Shown here: one piece after another, positions 27,598 to 32,000 of the stretch | Layout: every line of letters begins with the position of its first letter | Numbering within the stretch: position 1 is the stretch's first letter | Assembly: GCA_021498095.1 (NCBI GenBank) | Contig: JAIZWK010000001.1 | Coordinates: forward strand, 2,850,001-2,882,000 | Length of the DNA stretch: 32,000 nucleotides | Direction of reading: 5' to 3' | Origin: Candidatus Harpocratesius repetitus | GTDB lineage: Archaea > Asgardarchaeota > Lokiarchaeia > Sigyniarchaeales > Promethearchaeaceae | The notes under the pieces: generated by a model | What the model was told of the DNA's origin: nothing | What the model saw: the letters and a program-made list of their open reading frames with translations, nothing else | Databases searched by the model: none | Program-made: the position numbers and the translations under genes

Positions 27598-30006
27598 TTA
27601 ACTTACTTCTAACATAGACCAAATGGTAGACGCAAGTAAAATATTTCCATTATAGAACCATTTTAACCCAATTGAGAATAATAACCAATTGATTTGTTGT
27701 GAAATACCCATAAATTCTTCTATAAAATAAAAACTACTAAATTGTTCAAAGAAATTAATCATATTAGGTGAAGGAAGATTAATAAATTCCGCAACAAGCG
27801 ATGCATTGATATTTTTAACAATTTCGGGTATTTCAGCACGATTATTCATCAATCTGATAGCATTTAAGAAAAAAATGTACGTTTCTATAGATGAGAATTG
27901 AAAAGAACCTAGATAATCATCCCAATTATTTGTAATTTGAGCAAATTGTAAATGTGAAAGAAGTATATTCTGAGGTATAATAGATTCATGTGGATTTCCT
28001 GTCAAATATATTTGAATTGCAGGTAATATTTCTCCAAATTTTGCTCGTCTAGATATTAACGGATTTCGTGGAATCATTAGAACTTGAGGCCCACCTTTTG
28101 GATTGTCATAGACATAGAATTGGTGGGGAATATGAGCAAACTTATAATAATATAATGAATTTAGAGGAAGGTTAATTCCATGATTGTATAGAAACTTTAT
28201 CTCTACTTGATTCAATACTTTTCCCTCATTATGTTTCTTCAAATAAACGTAAATTTGTTTTAAAGAGCGTGATTGAGCATAATTTTGGGAAAATTCTTCT
28301 ATTGCTGAAGTAGAAATAATTTGAGTCTGTTCAGGATCAATTTTAAGTGTTGATTCATAAGATGTAAACCATGTTGAATCAATTAATGCACTTGCAGATT
28401 TTGTCTTTGAAGTGGGAGAATCTGTTATTTGCAGTAGTGGATCTCTTTGAATTGCTTTTTCAAGATCAAAAGAAACATCTGGTTTTGATATTTTTTTCTC
28501 TTCACTAAAAAAAATATTTAGTTGTTTTTTGAATTTTAAATTTGGTGCATTATCATCTTGTTCTGTTTTTGTACTAAAAGTTAAATTCTCAAAATATTTC
28601 TCTTTTTTCATCTGTTCAATTTTCTGCCAATTGATCTTAGGTTTAAGTTGTTCAATCTCTTTTGCGATTTTATATGTATTTTTTTCACTATTCATTTCAT
28701 AACTAAGTAAATGCATTTCTTCTAATAATAGGAACTTTAATTCGTAATCTTGAGCTTTTTCTGCATTTATAATAGATTTAGACAATAATTTATAACGCAA
28801 TTTGCTTAGCGATATTATTTCCATATTTATTTTTTTTAATTTTTTTATATTTTCTCCTTTTTGATAGAAATATTTTGCTTCATTCAATAATGATAATTTC
28901 TGAGCGATTTCTGAAATAGAATCATTAGAGAGTTTCGTAGCTTGAAATTGAAGTTGATCTCCACGTTTCTCATTGAATTTTTTTAATCGACTTGAAATCC
29001 TGGAGATTTCTTTTTTAGCATTTATATCTTCAAAAATGTGTTTTGCTTTCTCATAATCATCTAATGTTTTTTGTGGATCGCATTTCAATTCAGATTTATA
29101 TGCTCGATCTTCAAACCACCGACCAAGTAAAATCGCAGCATTAAGATATTTCGATTTGGCCATCTTTTTTTTAGATTCATCTTTTATTACATGATATTTG
29201 GTGAAAGCAGCTTTATATTTTTGCAAACTTGAGTAATAATCTTGCTGTTGCTCTAATAATTCTCCTTGATGAAGATCGATCTCAGCTAGTTTTTCTGTTA
29301 GTTTTAATTCAAATTTATAAAATTGAATCTCTAATTTCTTAGAATTTTTAATCATTTTTAAAATACTTTTTAATTTCTGCCAATAATCCAAAGCTTGAAT
29401 TATATTTTCTTTCATTAACATGCGATTTAATTGTTCTATAAAATAATTGGCAATTTCCTTAAAAATAAATTGTTGAATTTTAACAAATTCATCTTCATTT
29501 GGAATAAAGTATTTTTTTAATTGTGGTATTTTTAAAAAAAAATCAATGTAAAGAGATGAAACATAACCAAATAAATTGAGAATTTCGTAGAAATGACGTT
29601 CTAAATGTCGTCTTTTCAACTCTACACTTTGAATCGTCGACAATACCTTAAAAACCCATGTTTCAAAAAGATTAAAAGATTTTTTATAACTATGGTTTAA
29701 AGTCTTATCCGAAGAAGGTGAATATTGATAAAGTGAGTTTTGTAAATCTAATAAATTGATAAAATTGATGCTTGTTCGAATTTCATTGTTATCTTGAAGA
29801 GATTTCTCCGCCTTAACTAATTGCTTATCAAAAAGTATTTTTAAGCAGAGCAGAAAATAGTGTTCAACATCATTTTTATCATTTAAAGAAAGAATTCCGA
29901 TATTTCGTTTTAAATAATAGAGGTACTTTAAAGCTGGCTGATATTGTCCACTTTTTAAAAGACTAACTGCTTTTGAGACCGTAATTTGTGGAGGAGTTCC
30001 AGCCAT
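27598..30006 (-). CDS. large hypothetical protein with TPR/alpha-solenoid-like N-terminal region
   Basis: 802 aa; repeated helical pairs such as GELLEQQQDYYSSLQKYKAAFTKY and KTLDDYEKAKHIFEDI; a low-complexity linker, then a distinct C-terminal globular region. Confidence 0.65.
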   Translation of the reverse strand: MAGTPPQITVSKAVSLLKSGQYQPALKYLYYLKRNIGILSLNDKNDVEHYFLLCLKILFDKQLVKAEKSLQDNNEIRTSINFINLLDLQNSLYQYSPSSDKTLNHSYKKSFNLFETWVFKVLSTIQSVELKRRHLERHFYEILNLFGYVSSLYIDFFLKIPQLKKYFIPNEDEFVKIQQFIFKEIANYFIEQLNRMLMKENIIQALDYWQKLKSILKMIKNSKKLEIQFYKFELKLTEKLAEIDLHQGELLEQQQDYYSSLQKYKAAFTKYHVIKDESKKKMAKSKYLNAAILLGRWFEDRAYKSELKCDPQKTLDDYEKAKHIFEDINAKKEISRISSRLKKFNEKRGDQLQFQATKLSNDSISEIAQKLSLLNEAKYFYQKGENIKKLKKINMEIISLSKLRYKLLSKSIINAEKAQDYELKFLLLEEMHLLSYEMNSEKNTYKIAKEIEQLKPKINWQKIEQMKKEKYFENLTFSTKTEQDDNAPNLKFKKQLNIFFSEEKKISKPDVSFDLEKAIQRDPLLQITDSPTSKTKSASALIDSTWFTSYESTLKIDPEQTQIISTSAIEEFSQNYAQSRSLKQIYVYLKKHNEGKVLNQVEIKFLYNHGINLPLNSLYYYKFAHIPHQFYVYDNPKGGPQVLMIPRNPLISRRAKFGEILPAIQIYLTGNPHESIIPQNILLSHLQFAQITNNWDDYLGSFQFSSIETYIFFLNAIRLMNNRAEIPEIVKNINASLVAEFINLPSPNMINFFEQFSSFYFIEEFMGISQQINWLLFSIGLKWFYNGNILLASTIWSMLEVS

Positions 30007-30012
30007 AATTTA

Positions 30013-31116
30013 TTATAAAATTGGCGTAATAAAAATATTTATGCCAGAATCATCATATTGTAATAAATTTGATTGACTTTTGGATTCATCTTCAGGAATT
30101 TTTTGCCAAATTTCAATTTTTTTCCGATTTACAAGTTGTAATAAATAAAGTAATGTTCGAACAATTCCTTCAGGTTCAGGAGATAAAACAAGATATAGAA
30201 AAGAAATAGGTTCATCAGGTTGATATCGTTTTTGGATTGTCTGAAAGAGTTGTTGGATTTGCTCTTCAATTAATGCATGATTTTCTTCTGCTTCTTTCAA
30301 AAAATTTGGTGGTATAATTTGATCTGTTTCAATTCTTATATGGTTTCGTTTATAGTTCTTATTACTAGAGCGAATTTGATATTTTAAAGTTTTAATTAAA
30401 GCATTTCCTAATTCACAAAAATCGACTTTTCGATATACTTTTCTTATGGGTGATGCTAAATATCGATTTCCATTTCGATCTTGTTTAAAGAATGCATTTG
30501 TTGAAGAAAATTTCTTCAATTCAGAATCTCTTTCATGTAAATACTGAGAAATATTTGAGTTAAGATCATAATTATCATTAATTTCAGAAGTTATTGATTC
30601 TCTTTTGCCTAAAATAGCATTTAATCCTACTTTATTAATTAATTCTTCATTTGAATCATCATTTTCGAATTCTTCATCGAAATCATGGAAATCTTCTTCT
30701 GAGACTTCATTTTCTTCTAATATATCTTGTGTATGATGTGAGTCTTGAATAATCGAATCCGATTTTGCATGAATTAACCTAGAGGTTGAATAAAGAACGC
30801 GACCTCCAATACGAAATTTAATTTCACTGTTTTTGTACATTCTCTGTTGAATTTTTTCTAAAGTAGTTTTTATATCAATTTGCCAAGGATTTTGTTTGAT
30901 CATGCTAGAAAACTCATCATTATTTAGTAAAATACCAAGATCTGCAGCTTTTTGAGATATAAGTGAGAAATTTTTGGATAAATGTTTATTTGTACGGGAT
31001 AAATTTTGAGTGCCTTGGGAATCTATTTTATTTGAGACATTTTTTGAAATTCTAATCGAATTATTCAATTTTTCTCCAATATGACTAAGATGATGCTCTG
31101 GTTGTATTATTTCCAT
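30013..31116 (-). CDS. scpA: kleisin, segregation and condensation protein A (ScpA)-like
   Basis: N-kleisin motif NPWQIDI...FRIGGRVLYSTSRLIHAKSD and C-terminal winged-helix motif ISF..L.......IVRTLLYLLQLVNRKKIEIWQ, joined by an acidic linker. Matches the remembered archaeal ScpA consensus (PWDIDI...LR.SGR.L..AS.L...KS; FL.LL.L...G.I.L.Q). Confidence 0.75.
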   Translation of the reverse strand: MEIIQPEHHLSHIGEKLNNSIRISKNVSNKIDSQGTQNLSRTNKHLSKNFSLISQKAADLGILLNNDEFSSMIKQNPWQIDIKTTLEKIQQRMYKNSEIKFRIGGRVLYSTSRLIHAKSDSIIQDSHHTQDILEENEVSEEDFHDFDEEFENDDSNEELINKVGLNAILGKRESITSEINDNYDLNSNISQYLHERDSELKKFSSTNAFFKQDRNGNRYLASPIRKVYRKVDFCELGNALIKTLKYQIRSSNKNYKRNHIRIETDQIIPPNFLKEAEENHALIEEQIQQLFQTIQKRYQPDEPISFLYLVLSPEPEGIVRTLLYLLQLVNRKKIEIWQKIPEDESKSQSNLLQYDDSGINIFITPIL

Positions 31117-31422
31117 AATGAATTTAATCCTTCTGTCTGCAAATCTTTATAATGATTATAGCAATCAAACTAGATAATGGAAAGTTGACTGCTAAAATAC
31201 ATTTAATCCACTATTATGGACATATCATGGAAATATTATTGAAATATTGTGTGAATAATACAATTCAGATAGTATTAATGTTATTAAGAATGCACAATCA
31301 AATTCATTACAAATAGAAATGTTCAAATAATTATTTAAGCGAATAAAATAAAATACTAATAAAACTTATCAACACTAGCTAAATACTTAAGATTAGGATC
31401 ATTTGAAAATAAGTGACGAGTT

Positions 31423-31731
31423 ATGATTGATTCAAAAGCGATTAAAGCAATTATTAATAAATTTATGGCAGACGACCAAACGCGAGCTGTAATCATCTGT
31501 GATTCAGAAGGTTTACCAATTCAATCTTCATTTAGAGGGGAACAAATTGAAAGAACAGAAGAGATTTCGGCATATATTACTGCTTTGATTTCTCGAGGAA
31601 AACAAACCGTTGAAGTTTTAGGAGAAGGAAGATTAAATTTTGTAAGGTTGGAAACTGACAAGGGTGAAGTAATGATTGCACCTCAGGAAGGCTTAATTTT
31701 AATTGTATTACGTAATACAACTGATTACTAA
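31423..31731 (+). CDS. roadblock/LC7 domain protein
   Basis: 102 aa, AVIICDSEGLPI, helix EEISAYITAL, then NFVRLETDKGEVMIAP...LIVL. Confidence 0.88.
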   Translation: MIDSKAIKAIINKFMADDQTRAVIICDSEGLPIQSSFRGEQIERTEEISAYITALISRGKQTVEVLGEGRLNFVRLETDKGEVMIAPQEGLILIVLRNTTDY

Positions 31732-31794
31732 ATCATAATTTTTCTTCTTTTTGAAAACACTAATTTTTTATAGATTTCTAACTAACTGAAATAT

Positions 31795-32000
31795 ATGAAC
31801 ATCGAAGAAATTGGTCCTAAATTATCAGATGTAATGGATGTTGTTCCTGTCTGCGAAGGCTTAATTTTGGCAAAAATTTCTGGAGAAGTGTTAATTGGTC
31901 AAACTCTTATAGAAATGGATCACTCAATCATCGCAAAAAGTTTCAGTAAATTATTTGAAGCGGATTTATCTAATATTGATAAGGGAAACATTCAAGATTT
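31795..32000 (+). CDS. second roadblock/LC7-like protein (partial, runs off window)
   Basis: Not in the ORF track. The ATG at 31795 reads MNIEEIGPKLSDVMDVVPVCEGLILAKISGEVLIGQTLIEMDHSIIAKSFSKLFEADLSNIDKGNIQD, open to the window end, with a roadblock-type helix, beta-hairpin, helix pattern. Confidence 0.7.
   Translation, partial: MNIEEIGPKLSDVMDVVPVCEGLILAKISGEVLIGQTLIEMDHSIIAKSFSKLFEADLSNIDKGNIQD

Overview
AT-rich archaeal chromosomal window, most likely from an Asgard archaeon of the Lokiarchaeia/Promethearchaeota type. This is inferred from two Rab-like small GTPases, a longin-like gene, tandem roadblock genes, a V4R protein and IPGY-type C-terminal sorting signals; it is not proven. The window has about 30 genes. 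I found no rRNA, tRNA, CRISPR array or transposase. In order it contains: V4R, thioredoxin and Rab-like GTPase; a membrane-anchored C25 (gingipain-like) protease; an ICMT/PEMT-like methyltransferase, dodecin and patatin; an alpha/beta hydrolase broken by two in-frame TAA codons; a 4Fe-4S protein; a longin-like gene with a Rab-like GTPase; an MFS transporter, an AhpD/CMD protein and a wHTH regulator; a GGR-family flavoprotein carrying a 13x9-bp in-frame tandem repeat; a VapBC pair; an MFS transporter with a CTERM surface protein; an M29 aminopeptidase; a C2-like soluble protein; a B12 acyl-CoA mutase cluster (cobO, large subunit, small subunit, meaB, Cys-rich unknown); a kleisin (ScpA-like) gene tightly coupled to an 802-aa TPR-like gene; and two roadblock genes. 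The best leads are (1) the kleisin plus large helical-repeat protein, with no scpB or smc in the window, (2) the mutase, whose Phe/Gln active-site signature points to isobutyryl-CoA rather than methylmalonyl-CoA mutase, together with its unknown Cys-rich partner, (3) the longin-GTPase pair and the C2-like protein, and (4) the two-phase in-frame microsatellite. All family calls come from motif recognition by eye; no database search was run.
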